Assembly: GCA_002633005.1 (NCBI GenBank)
Contig: NMRA01000268.1
Span: 543,713 to 576,505, forward strand
From: Phoronis australis
Lineage: Eukaryota; Animalia; Phoronida
Length of the DNA: 32,793 bases
Reading direction: 5' to 3'
This document shows positions 12,311-23,308 of this stretch, piece by piece; the stretch's first letter is position 1, and every line of letters begins with the position of its first letter. Both the position numbers and the translations under genes were made by a program. Below the pieces are notes generated by a model, which was not told where the DNA came from, searched no databases, and saw nothing but the letters and a program-made list of their open reading frames with translations.

Positions 12311-15300
12311 AAAGCACACCTTTTGCGATGCATCCGTGGGCGCATTTCAACGCTCCGTGTTGCTGACTTGTTGAATTTCTTGGACATTTAGGTAGGAAAC
12401 AAAATTTGGTCTTGTTATTACTAGTATTACCATTATTTTTCTGTGACTGTACAAGGTGTAATTACCATACATGCTGACTAGTTTCCTTATCAGCAAAGAA
12501 ACCCTAAAGTGAACACTTCTCTTTCATAGAGGTTGGAATTAGCAAATGCATGATTGACCTACTTTTCAAAATGTCAGGCACTCTTCAGTTAATGGAAGAA
12601 CAAATTAGGAACCCATCACTGATACTTGCCCACTAAAAATTTGTCAATTTCTTGATGTCGGCATTGCAACTCAATGCCTACGAGTTTGTCTGATGGATTC
12701 ATTACATGTACAATTGTCTTTGGGTTTGTGAGGTGTTTAAAGCTGTTGTAAACCTTTACCTCGTGAAAACAATCTGATAGAGACTGGTGCTAAGCGCATT
12801 CCATTTTGTTATAGGTAAGTGATCTGATAATGTTGCACTTTTGTACTCCGCCCCTACATGGGCAACCTGGAAAGTGGGTTTACAGCTGAGCCATCTGCTA
12901 CAAATGGACTGAGAGCTGAGTTACTAGCTCTTGCATCAAGGAGTGAATGTTTGACAACAATCGAATGATGGAGCCACTTGCTCAGTCAACGGGTCTCAAC
13001 TTAGCTGTCTACTCTCAGCTAGATATTGCTCACTCACAGCAGACTGCTCAAGTTCTCAGCTCTGCAGTGGCCCTTATGTTTGGCAGCTTTAGATGAGTGT
13101 TGACTAATCTTTTAATAGTAAAATCACCAACTCATACAGAAATCATGTGACAGGGAGTTCCTTCTTTTCGAAACATTCCATGAACAATGTAAGCATTTAA
13201 GAAAGATACACCAGCCCGAATGTGGATTCACGAAGGGGGGAGCTCTGGACCCCCCCCCCTTTCTCAACCACCTTCGTACTGTTTTTTGTGGTGGAATATC
13301 AAGTGTCTTATGTTATCCCCCGGTCCATGGTCATTGCTTTGGATAGATCACACAAGTCTGCAAGATATTGCCTGTATGCAGTGCAAGTGAAGCATGGGCA
13401 CTGGGTAGCGTTTCTTTGCAGGTATCCCATTTAGTGTCCAGTTATGGTCCTGGTCCACTCCAGCAATGACCCAGTGCTCCACAACTGACATATAGTTGAC
13501 TACTATATTGACAAGCATGTCATGCACTGGTGAGATTGGCATCATTACTTCACTTCTTTCCAACTAACCAGTCAACATGTAGACTGTAGGAGTGATAACC
13601 TTCTGTGCTCTTGAATGGGATCTGGTTTCACAAAGAAATTTGCTGGTGTGCTGTCAAGAATGCTAGTTGCTTGTGAGATACTTGCCCTAAGACACTTCAT
13701 CTCATACAACCCAAATAGTGAACATTGTCTCTGTTAGTGTTGGTTGTCTGAGTTACTCCATAATTCAACATTCCAAGCAGTTAACTGGCAGCTATTTTAT
13801 TTGGGTTTGGTCAATGCGAGGTCCACTTCTGATGTGAGAAGCACTGTGTCAGTGAGATCTTGCATTTACTATCATGATGTTACATTATCCATCTAAAGTC
13901 TCGAGACTCTAGTACGTGTTTTTTTGTGGCAAATATCCATACGGCAAAATTAAAATCCTACCACATCAGTCACGTCTTTTTCAGTGAAGATTTCAGTTTC
14001 AAAATTCTAGCAAGTTGTACCCAACTGAATGCAGTAAGACAAATTCAACGCTGTTTCAGTTAATTAAGGTATTTGTTCTCATGTTTTCATTCAACTTGTT
14101 CAGTTGCAGCACCTGCTATTTGCAAACTCCAAATTTCGTGAGCATGCAACAAGTACTGTTGTGGAAAATGAACTGCATAGAAAGATCAATCTATCAAAAT
14201 TGAATCTTGAAAATGATCATCTGGGAAAATTTACTCAAAATTGTCATTGCCAAATAATTATCTACAGCAAACTAATATAGCGTTTAAATCAAAAAGCAGG
14301 ATGGTTTTCTGAAAACATGCATGAATGCTCATTAATAAAGGACTCTGATCAGACATCTGATGATCCATTGGTTAACTATGCTTACGTTTCGTTGGTGGCA
14401 ATTTCCAACAATTTTATTAATTGCCAGTCTTAGTCGTCAATACCAAACGCAGTGTCCGAAATTTTAGAAATGATAAACGCCAAAATCGCTCATGTCCCAT
14501 TTTTCAGATTTAAAGAAAGTTCAATTTCTACTGTAAAATTGCTTTCCCAGTTTTTAGGTATTGCTCCAAATTGAAGAATTTTTAGCAGACTTGCCTTGGA
14601 GGTAATTTATAATTGCTCTGTGTAGTATATCCGTTGGAGCTGATAAAGCATCCAGAGAAACTTCCTAAACTTTTCCATAGTCTTGAAAATTGAGAGGCTT
14701 GTAAAAGTTACACACTCTTCAGTTTAGCACACAAGATGGTGGACATGTGAAATTTTATTTTGTCAAATTTCTCAATAAAATAATTATTGAGAAAAACTTG
14801 ACATTATCAGTAGCATGATGGGTAATGAGCAGCTACTTGTATGATCATAAAACAAAACTTTTTATTTTTTTATACATTAACAACTTAACCATCTGAAAAA
14901 TAGATAAATACTATTTTGGCAATCATTTTTGTTTGAAATTGAAAGGTTTCCATAAATTTACATTTGACTGACTGCAGACTTTAATCTTAAGTTTGAGTTG
15001 GCAACGGACTACGATGACTTTTAGACTGATCCGAGGAATGCTGTGCCCCCTGGTGGCAATTTCATTTTTTTCCGATTTTCCTCTGAGAGAAATTTGGTAA
15101 ATAGCTTTCTATTAAAGAAAGGATGACATGTTCCAGATTTGACGTATTTTTCACCATGTAGTGGCTATTTTTATTGTTTTTTAGTCTGTTTTTGACATCC
15201 ACCTCTTTATCAACCAGAACACTCTTAGGATGATTTTGAAAATTGACATTTATGTTTTTTCTGTGAAGAGTACGGCTGATAGTGATTTTCGGATGACTCG

Positions 15301-15472
15301 GACTACTGTAGTGCCATCTAGTAGCATTAGTGTCTATGACTGTATCTCCCAAACCCTCTACAGGATCTTCACTAAATATGGGAAGTGTATTTGTAAGAAG
15401 TTGGCAACGGACAACTGAATGCCGACATTTGGGTGGCTCCAACTACCGCTGTGTCCCCTTGTGTCAATTTTA

Positions 15473-17407
15473 TTATGCGCCCACATATTTATATGTGGAC
15501 GCATTATGCCGTCATCTCCGTCCGTCCGTCCGTCCGGGCGGCGTCCGTCCGGCGTCCGGCATCTGCTGCTTTATCTCCAAAACCGTTTGACATACGTTCA
15601 TGAAATTTGGCACATATGTTCCATTCTTGAATGGGACGACATATGCAAACTTTCGGACGGATCCGACAACCGGTGTGCCCCCTAGTGGCAATTATAGTTT
15701 ATCTTCAAAAGTCCTGAACGGATTTTCATGAAAGTTGGTATGTAGGCACCTATTAGTGAGATGACGCTATCCTGCCATTTTCAGATGGATTCGACATAGT
15801 TTGCGCCACCTAGTGGCCATTTTTAGTGTTTTCGAGTGTTTTTGTGCATCCACCCCTCTATCAAACAAACCGCTCAAAGGATGATTGTGAAAATTGGCAT
15901 GTATATGCTTACTATGTAGAGGACGGTTGACAATGATTTTCTGACGATTTCGACCACCGTGGCGCCTCCTAGTGGCAGTTTTGTTTTTTTTGCGCCTATG
16001 GCTGTATCTTCTAAACCGTTCGCAGGATCGTTACGAAATTGTGTAAGTATATTTATATGATGTTAACAACGGAAAATGACGACTTTTGGACGGATCCGAC
16101 TACCGGTGTGCCCCCTAGTGGCAATTTTAATTCTTTTACGCTTACCTTTGTATCTTCAAAAGCCCTGAACGGATTTTCATGAAATTTAGTATGTAGGCAC
16201 CTATTAGTAAGATGACGCTATCCTCCCGTTTTCAGATAGATTCGACATAGTTTGCGCCACCTAGTGTTTTCGAGTCTGTTTTTGTGCGTCCACCCCTCTA
16301 TCAACCAAACCGCTCAAAGGATGATTGTGAAAATTGGCATGTATATGCTTACTATGTAGAGGACGGTTGACGATGATTTTCAGATGATTTGGACTACTAT
16401 GGCGCCTGCTAGTGGCATTTTTTTTTTGCGCCTATGGCTGTATCTCCTAAACCGTTTGCAGGATCTTTACGAAATTTAATAAGTGTATTTATATTATGTT
16501 AACAACAGTCGATAACGACTTTTAGACGGATCCGCCTACCAGTGTGTCCCCTAGTGGCAATTTTATTTTTTTACATTTACCTCTGTATCTTCACAAGTCC
16601 TTAACGGATTATCATGAAATTTGGTATGTTGGCACCTATTAGTGCGATGACGCTGTCCTCTCATTTTCGGATAGATTCGACCTAGTTTGCGACACCCAGT
16701 GGCCATTTTTACTGTTTTTGAGTCTGTTTTTTGGCGTCCACCCCTCTATCAACCAAACTGCTATAAGTATGATTGTGAAAATTGGCATGTATGTTCTTAC
16801 TATGAAGAGGACGGTTGATGCTGAATTTCCCATGACTTTGATTACTGTGGCGCCTCCTAGTGGCAGTTTTTTTTTTTTACGCCCATGGCTGTATCTCCCA
16901 AACCGTTTGCAGGATCTTTACTAAATTTAGCAAGTGTATTTATGTGATGTTGACAACGGACGATGACGACTTTAGGATGATTCTGACTACCGGTATGCCT
17001 CTAGTGGCAATTTTAGTATTTTACATTGACCTCTGTATTTTCATAGGTCTTCAGGTGTATACTTTGTGTTACTTCGTGACTATGAAGGAAAAGTTCCAAG
17101 TAGGAATTTGTTTCTGGCATTCTAATGCTGTGCTAATCTCGTATGTTGGTAAATTTGTTTTTAATTCTATGTTTCTGTGGTGCTTTAAGCAACTGGTGTA
17201 TAGGATGTGCTTGTATTATGAAGATTACTCACATTTTGCCCCTAGCCTATTGAGGAGACAATGACCATGCCTTTCCATTTTGCAAAGTACAACATACTAC
17301 ATATATGCCCTCTACTGGCCACTTTATGGTACCAATAAACAACCCTAAAAGGATACCGTATGCGGTGCAATTGTGGGCGCATTTCAACGCTCTGCGTTGC
17401 TCTTGTT
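15473..17407 (+). mobile_element. HINE-like element copy 3 (best preserved)
   Basis: TTATGCGCCCAC + inverted GTGGACGCAT + (GTCC)n microsatellite at ~15520-15550; three-plus tandem units (spacing 433, 436, ~450 bp); 3' subTIR GTGGGCGCAT at 17373-17382, hairpin CAACGC-TCT-GCGTTG at 17385-17399, then CTTGTT; inserted in a T-rich site. Confidence 0.85.
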
Positions 17408-18177
17408 TTATTCATTGTCCTTTGTATCTTTGAAGCTCCTTGGCAGATTTTCATGAAATTTAATAAATAGGTTTCTATTAAAGAGTCGACAGGTTCCAGT
17501 TTTCGGAGAAATTTGACATATAACGGACATTTTCAATATTGCGAAATTTTATAGATATCTGTCTATTAAGGAGATGATGATGCCTTCTCATTTTTGGTGG
17601 ATTTGACATATTCTACGCCTCATGGTGGGTACTTAAGAAAAATTTTTAGTACATTTTTGATATCATCCTCTCCATTCACAAAACCACTTGAAAGATCATT
17701 ATTAAAACTTGGAGATGTCTTCCTGGTGAGAAGACCGAGCCTAACGTTAATTTTCGGACGTTTTCAATTACTCTGGCACCCCCTCTTAAGAATTTGTTTC
17801 TTTTTGTCTACAGCTGTACCTCCCTCATTTACCTTATACAAGATCTTTCCGAAATTCAGCAGATAATTGTTCCTATGGAGAAGGCATTTGGCATTAGCCA
17901 GTTTCAGGCCATTCCAACTACAGCTGTGCTCCCTAGTGGCAATTTCATTTTTTTTTTTTTGCATTTGCCTCTGTAACTTCAGAGTTCCTTCATGCTTTTT
18001 CATGAAATTTGTCTAACAAATATCTATTATGAAGATGACAGCTGGATGGATTCGACTACTGGTGTGGTTCCTGTATTGGCAGTTTTTTATGTTTGCCTTT
18101 GTATCTTTTGGAGTTCTTTGGTGGATTGTCATGAAATTTGGTAAATAATTTTGAAAGACGAGGATACTCATTGCTTC

Positions 18178-18395
18178 CCATTTTTGGATGGGTCCAATGT
18201 GATCTGTGCCATCTAATGGCCATTTTTGGATGGGTCCAATGTGATCTGTGCCATCTAATGGCCATTTTTGGATGGGTCCAATGTGATCTGTGCCATCTAA
18301 TGGCCATTTTTGGATGGGTCCAATGTGATCTGTGCCATCTAATGGCCATTTTTGGATGAGTCCAATGTGATCTGTGCCATCTAATGGCCATTTTT
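18178..18395. repeat. 42-bp minisatellite, 5 full copies
   Basis: Unit CCATTTTTGGATGGGTCCAATGTGATCTGTGCCATCTAATGG at 18178, 18220, 18262, 18304 and 18346; one substitution in the last copy. Confidence 0.97.
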
Positions 18396-20734
18396 CATGA
18401 TAGAAATAAATAAGCACACCTTTGATGGTGCAGTCATAGGTGCAACGCTCTGCATTGCTCTTGTAGAAACTGTAATAGTAGGGCAGTTGTAACCTCTTGT
18501 GATGGTGGTTTACTAAGAAGTTATAACCATTGCAATTCACTATGAGCTCAGCAGTTGGAAAATTTATGAACTGTTTGTGGCGTTGCTGTAAAATCTTGTT
18601 GTAAACAGGCACAGTGAAGCACAGAGTGGGGTGAACCCAAAAGCAAAAGCATTGAGTACCAGCAACTAAAACTGGGAACTGAAGTTACACTATACTGTCA
18701 GTGTAAATGGCAAAGATTACGTACATTACAGTCACAACTATAGAAGGAGTTACAGCCAGATTTAGTAAGTTTGAGCTAATGAGGCTCAGTATTCCTTCAA
18801 CTGTGGCTGCTGTCAACTGTGAGTTGATCAAAGTATGTTCAACCATAGTAGGCTTGATTCACACAAACTGGTTTCTAACAATACCCCTCTCTCTTTCTCT
18901 CTCACCCTCTGATTAAACAGATAACTGTCCTGGGCACTTTGATGTGGGTTAAGTTTGTGATTGTTTGTGTGGCCTTTTGTCCAGTCACTGTTTGTTGTTT
19001 CTAAAGGTTTTGTTGGCTTGTAGTGGCTGTATCAGTTGTCACAAAGGAAGATGAAATTGGTTTATTTAAAAGCAACAAGAAAGGCTCCAGTTAATCAGTA
19101 CAGTGTGAGGATTACAAGGGAATAAGTTGGGTAGGTTGACAAGATGGCTGCTTTCCTGCTGTTGGAAATGCTTTCTCAGCTGTTTTAGTTGTGGTTGCAT
19201 AGTCCTCTAGTAGATCTAAATCTGTTATGTGTTCCTGTACATGTAGGAACTTAATCTACAAGTTTGTGTACTTAGCCAAATATCAACAAAACCATAGATT
19301 TAAGTTGGTAAATGTAAACATTTTCTGGGTTTCATGGCCATGTCTGTTCAGTAAAATTTAGTAACAAGGAGACAATAGAAAAACTGTGGCAACACTAGCA
19401 TGGCCAAATTTTGTTTGAAATATAAATGTTCAAGATGAAATCTCATAAAAGTTATTATATTTTTTTGAAAAGCCTTCATACATAAATGGAACATTTTAAA
19501 AACAAATCCTAACAGAGTTTTGGAGAATAGTGCTTAAAGCATAGTTTCTGAAAGTTTCATATAAAGCCATTTGTGAGATATGATGTTATCAATTTAGCTA
19601 AATTTGGACATTTTCTAGGGTCTTACATAACCGTAAATGGTGCAGATACTGAGAACTAAGGTTTGAATAATGAAGACTTCTTTGTGCCAACCATATGTGA
19701 TTTTGTTGTGTCAAAATTGAAATTGTGTTTTATAATCTGCTACAATGGTGTTATCCTCGACGATCAGGGAGTGAATTTTGCTTTTATTCTTGATATTTCA
19801 TTTTTGTTAGTGTGTTTAATCCTGGTGTACAACTTGTGCACTTTCATATGCCTTTGTTGATTAGAAGCTTAGTTCCAACTTATCTGTAGGGCAAGCATAC
19901 CAGTAAAGTTGTAGTTTTATTCTTAGCTTAAATTTTGACCACTGATATCTGAGAAACTGGTCAAAATTGGCTAACATAAGTTTTTTCCCTACTGAAAAAA
20001 TAAAAACAGGCTATTACTAATGCAGGTGTGTAAGGAGTTGTTTTGAAATAGTAGTTAAGGGGTTATGTACACTCTTTAAAATTAACCCATATCATGAACA
20101 TGCAGTGGTACCTGCAGGATGTAAAAAAAGAAATTTGTAAGTCTATATTTCTAGCGTCTTTTATAACTTAACCATACTCAGCTGGGTAACATCCATGCTT
20201 GGCTTGCTGCACTGCCTCTAACAAAATTTTCACTTTTAAGCACCCGTCCCCAAATCATAAGATCAAGGCTTAAAAGTGGCTGTGTCTTTGTGACTGTCTG
20301 TTCCATTAGAATTCTAGCTCCTGAAAATGCACTCAACTCCCTTACATGGAGTAGCATGTTTTCGTGATGCCTTCTCTCTAGGGAACTAGTTGATACTATG
20401 TAATGCACTGTTGATGTGAAGTCCGAGCTCAACATGTAGCGCCCTGATCATTTCATTTATCCGATCAAGTGCTTTGGTAAGTGTCCACTAGACCCTTCTC
20501 AATTTTTAAGCATCAGTGTTCAGCATAACACTAACACCTGATTTTAGAGATCCCTGTGTCAACAAGGGCCTCAGGAGGTAACTTGAACAAGTATGGTACT
20601 TCAAATGTATGAGTTATCTTTCAACTGGAATTTGAACATTTCCTTTATTATTTTTCAAGATGTTTGAAATATCCAATAATTATGTTAAATATTATTGTAG
20701 GTCCTGTTGCCATGACGACTGTTGATTAAGTAGA

Positions 20735-20915
20735 ATGAAGCAATGCTTCCTGCTCAGTGTCCTGCTCCAATGCTCCTGTCTGGCAGCCTATCAGTTGTTC
20801 TCTTCTGGATGTGCCAAATCTAGTCCTGCGTTTCAATTGGTCAATGATTCAGTTCATGGTTGCCCAGGTTACTGGGCTGGACACATCCAAGAGAGCGGCC
20901 ATCTGTGTTCTTCAG
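20735..20915 (+). CDS. Secreted Cys-rich/Ig-domain protein, coding exon 1 (signal peptide)
   Basis: Acceptor TTGTAG at 20700, short 5' UTR with an upstream stop, ATG at 20735, MKQCFLLSVLLQCSCLA hydrophobic leader, ...GCPGYWAGHIQESGHLCSS, phase-1 donor CAG|GTATA. Confidence 0.8.
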
Positions 20916-21928
20916 GTATATAGTTTACAAGTTTACGCCTTTTTCAGACCCTTCTACTTGAAAGTGTGGGAGAAAACTCCTGCCCTTCACGAATTACTTG
21001 TACTTATCACCATTTGTTATACTACCCAATACACCAGCTCGAACAGAACTCAAGGTCCATTGAAAATTAATTTTTTCCCAGATTCTGTGAAATGGACATG
21101 CGGTAAGTTGTAAGAAATTACCAGTATACTGATAGGGACAAAATACTTATTTGCCAGTACTAACAAAATCGAATTCCCTTAGGTACTTTCAAATTGGTTA
21201 TATTATCTTTTTTCTACCTCTTTGTAGACAACTATGAATCACCATCAGCCATCTTATTTTGGCCTAATGACGTCATATTTTAATCAGTAGTGACCTGAAT
21301 GCCTTTGTTCATGAGTACAACAGTATTTGAAAAATGCAAATGGTGGTGTAACAACCATATAGTAAAACGTCAAATCTCTCGAGTGAATAAGTTCTTTTAT
21401 AGTGCTTGATTTCCGTGCAGTTATATTTGCCATATCATTTCTGCAGATAAATGTCTTCACACGATCCTCATTTCAACACGTGTAAGTTAATATTTATAAA
21501 TAATTCAAGTGTGATGTGTATGACACTAAATTCTACACTTTCAATTTACATGAGCTTCCAACCCTCTTTGGAGTTGGTTTATCAATTATTGTTATGCATT
21601 TATCTTGGCATGTCTACTATGGAAAATTTCTGCAACTTACAACACAACATGGCAGAAAGATAGGAATTTATGTTGTCAAATTTCTCAGCAAAACTGTATG
21701 TTAAGAATGTTTTGTCTCTCAATTTTTAAATTATCTGCTGTCTTAAAGTGCCACTTGATAAGATTTTAAGCATTTGCTTCAACGTCGCATGGAGGCAGAT
21801 AGCATGATGTCACTGTACTAGGGTAGTCAAGGAGTTTAGACCATCTTGGTTCTAATTCTTGATACACCTTACAGGAAATTGCATTGGGTCAAGAGTTAAG
21901 CAGTTTTTAATTTTTTTTTTTAGTAAAG

Positions 21929-22169
21929 CAGGGCTTGGAATTTTCCTCTTTTAAGAGGATCTCTTCTTTTTTGGTTTTGATTTCCTCTGATTTGATTTCC
22001 AGTTTCCTCTTTTTGTTGCTTTTTTATCATAATTTTGACTTAATTCGTGCAAAAACGTTTGCTTCGGTTAAATTTTACAACACAAAAAATATTTCTATCA
22101 TGCAAGCCTATTTATTTGTGGAAAGATACAAAATTTTCCTTTTTTTGTCATTGGCCATTCCAAGCCCTG
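21929..22169. mobile_element. MITE with CAGGGCTTGGAAT TIRs, copy A (intronic)
   Basis: 13-bp perfect TIR CAGGGCTTGGAAT...ATTCCAAGCCCTG; flanks GTAAAG/GTAAAT; termini and subterminal sequence shared with 22634-23120. Confidence 0.8.
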
Positions 22170-22633
22170 GTAAATATGTGGGTAATAAATGATGATCTGT
22201 TTGGTTCATTGTGATGCTGCTGCAAAGGTTCAAATGTTGAAAACTAATTCTTGTTGAATTCACTGGCTTTGAATTGATGTGTTAGTTTAAGTGAATGGGC
22301 ATCCGTCATATTGTTTTTTTCCAGTGTGGAATAGTTGCTTGGGTTGTGATGTAGTCACTTTCTGTGCTCATTCCTTCAAAAAATGGAAAACTATCAATCG
22401 GGATATTTATTTTTACATGAAGTTGTAGAATCTTCACAGTGACCTCATCATACAAACCTGACTTTGGTTTTCATGTCGTTCACAAATGTTTTGATGGACA
22501 TTTAGCAAGCTTATGGGTGAATACAGCCATAAAGTACTAATTTAAAATGACTTCAGTGACACACTGACAACAAAAATATGCACTTTAAAGAGTTTGTTTA
22601 CTCTAAATTCAATATGCTACCTGAAGTGTGTCT

Positions 22634-23120
22634 CAGGGCTTGGAATTTTCCGCGGAAACACGGATTTCCGCTTTTTTCAAATGTTCTTTCCGCTTTTTTT
22701 ATAATATATCCGCGTAAAAAAATCGGATTTGATATAAAATTTTCTCGGCAAATTCCTTTCTTACCGCGGCGTTGCAGACGACGTTCACCTCGAAAAGCTG
22801 TAGTTGCTCTTTATGTTTCGGAGGAACGTAAATTGTCAACATTGCCGGGGCATCTGGGACAGCGTGGTGGGATTTTCAGTGGTGTCTCGTGTTATTGTTA
22901 AGCGCGGCGACAAATACTACCGCTCTGCAGCCAAAAATGTGTGGGTTGAGAGTGGACGAGCGAGCTAAAAGGACGCCGATGCATGCTACTGATGGTGGTA
23001 ACATTTTTTTTTTTTAGTCCTCCCGATTTTTGTCGGGGAAAGGCTGGTTATCGGGCATGATTTGGGCAGTAAAAGTTTCAAAGTATCCGCGTTTTTTGTC
23101 ATTGGTCATTCCAAGCCCTG
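22634..23120. mobile_element. MITE with CAGGGCTTGGAAT TIRs, copy B (intronic, CpG-rich)
   Basis: Same 13-bp TIR as copy A; flanks GTGTCT/TTGTCT; longer interior that retains CpGs. Confidence 0.8.
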
Positions 23121-23165
23121 TTGTCTGTGTACAATAGTTTGCTAATGAGACGATGTTTGTCTTAG

Positions 23166-23308
23166 GCTGGCACATTTGTAGCTGGAAAGATAGAGAAATC
23201 TTGAAGAACATCATGTGGAAAGATGCTATGAACATTGCTGGCTGTTACGCATATAATGCTGCACAAGATGGCGCTACGTGCAGACCATGTGTCGAAGACG
23301 TCCAGGCT
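23166..23308 (+). CDS. Secreted Cys-rich/Ig-domain protein, coding exon 2
   Basis: TTTGTCTTAG| acceptor; open frame (G)WHICSWKDREILKNIMWKDAMNIAGCYAYNAAQDGATCRPCVEDVQA; |GTAAGT donor; phases 1/0 fit both neighbouring exons. Not present in the ORF track. Confidence 0.85.

Larger units (their letters stand above)
4615..12372 (+). mobile_element. Non-autonomous Helentron-type element (HINE/DINE-1-like), copy 1; host of two nested insertions
   Basis: 5' end: T-run + subTIR ATGCGCCCAC (4619-4628) with adjacent inverted copy GTGGACGCAT, then a GTCY microsatellite remnant and ~440-bp tandem repeats. 3' end: subTIR GTGGGCGCAT (12336-12345), short hairpin CAACGCTCCGTGTTG and CTTGTT. Own sequence = 4615-6175, 7521-7614 and 12311-12372. 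Confidence 0.8.
14990..18464 (+). mobile_element. Older, degenerate HINE-like element hosting copy 3
   Basis: Diverged repeat units at ~14990-15472 and 17408-18177 (e.g. GTGCCCCCTGGTGGC at 15043, GTGCTCCCTAGTGGC at 17926); family-type 3' end GCACACC...CAACGCTCTGCATTGCTCTTGT at ~18414-18464. The 5' terminus was not recognised, so the start is approximate. Confidence 0.65.

Noticed and set aside
13232-13263. G-run/C-run hairpin resembling a terminator
   Set aside because: Low-complexity sequence in a eukaryotic genome; no associated gene or element found.
13348-13563. 71-aa minus-strand ORF as a possible exon
   Set aside because: No recognisable motif, no consistent splice sites, and it does not match the missing AGA exon.
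18178-18395. Possible CRISPR array
   Set aside because: The units are contiguous and identical with no unique spacers; the context is eukaryotic and there are no cas genes.
18013-18612. 199-aa ORF (and overlapping ORFs) with repeated KWPLDGTDHIGPIQ
   Set aside because: Produced by the 42-bp minisatellite, whose length is a multiple of 3 and which is open in several frames on both strands; no evidence of a real gene.
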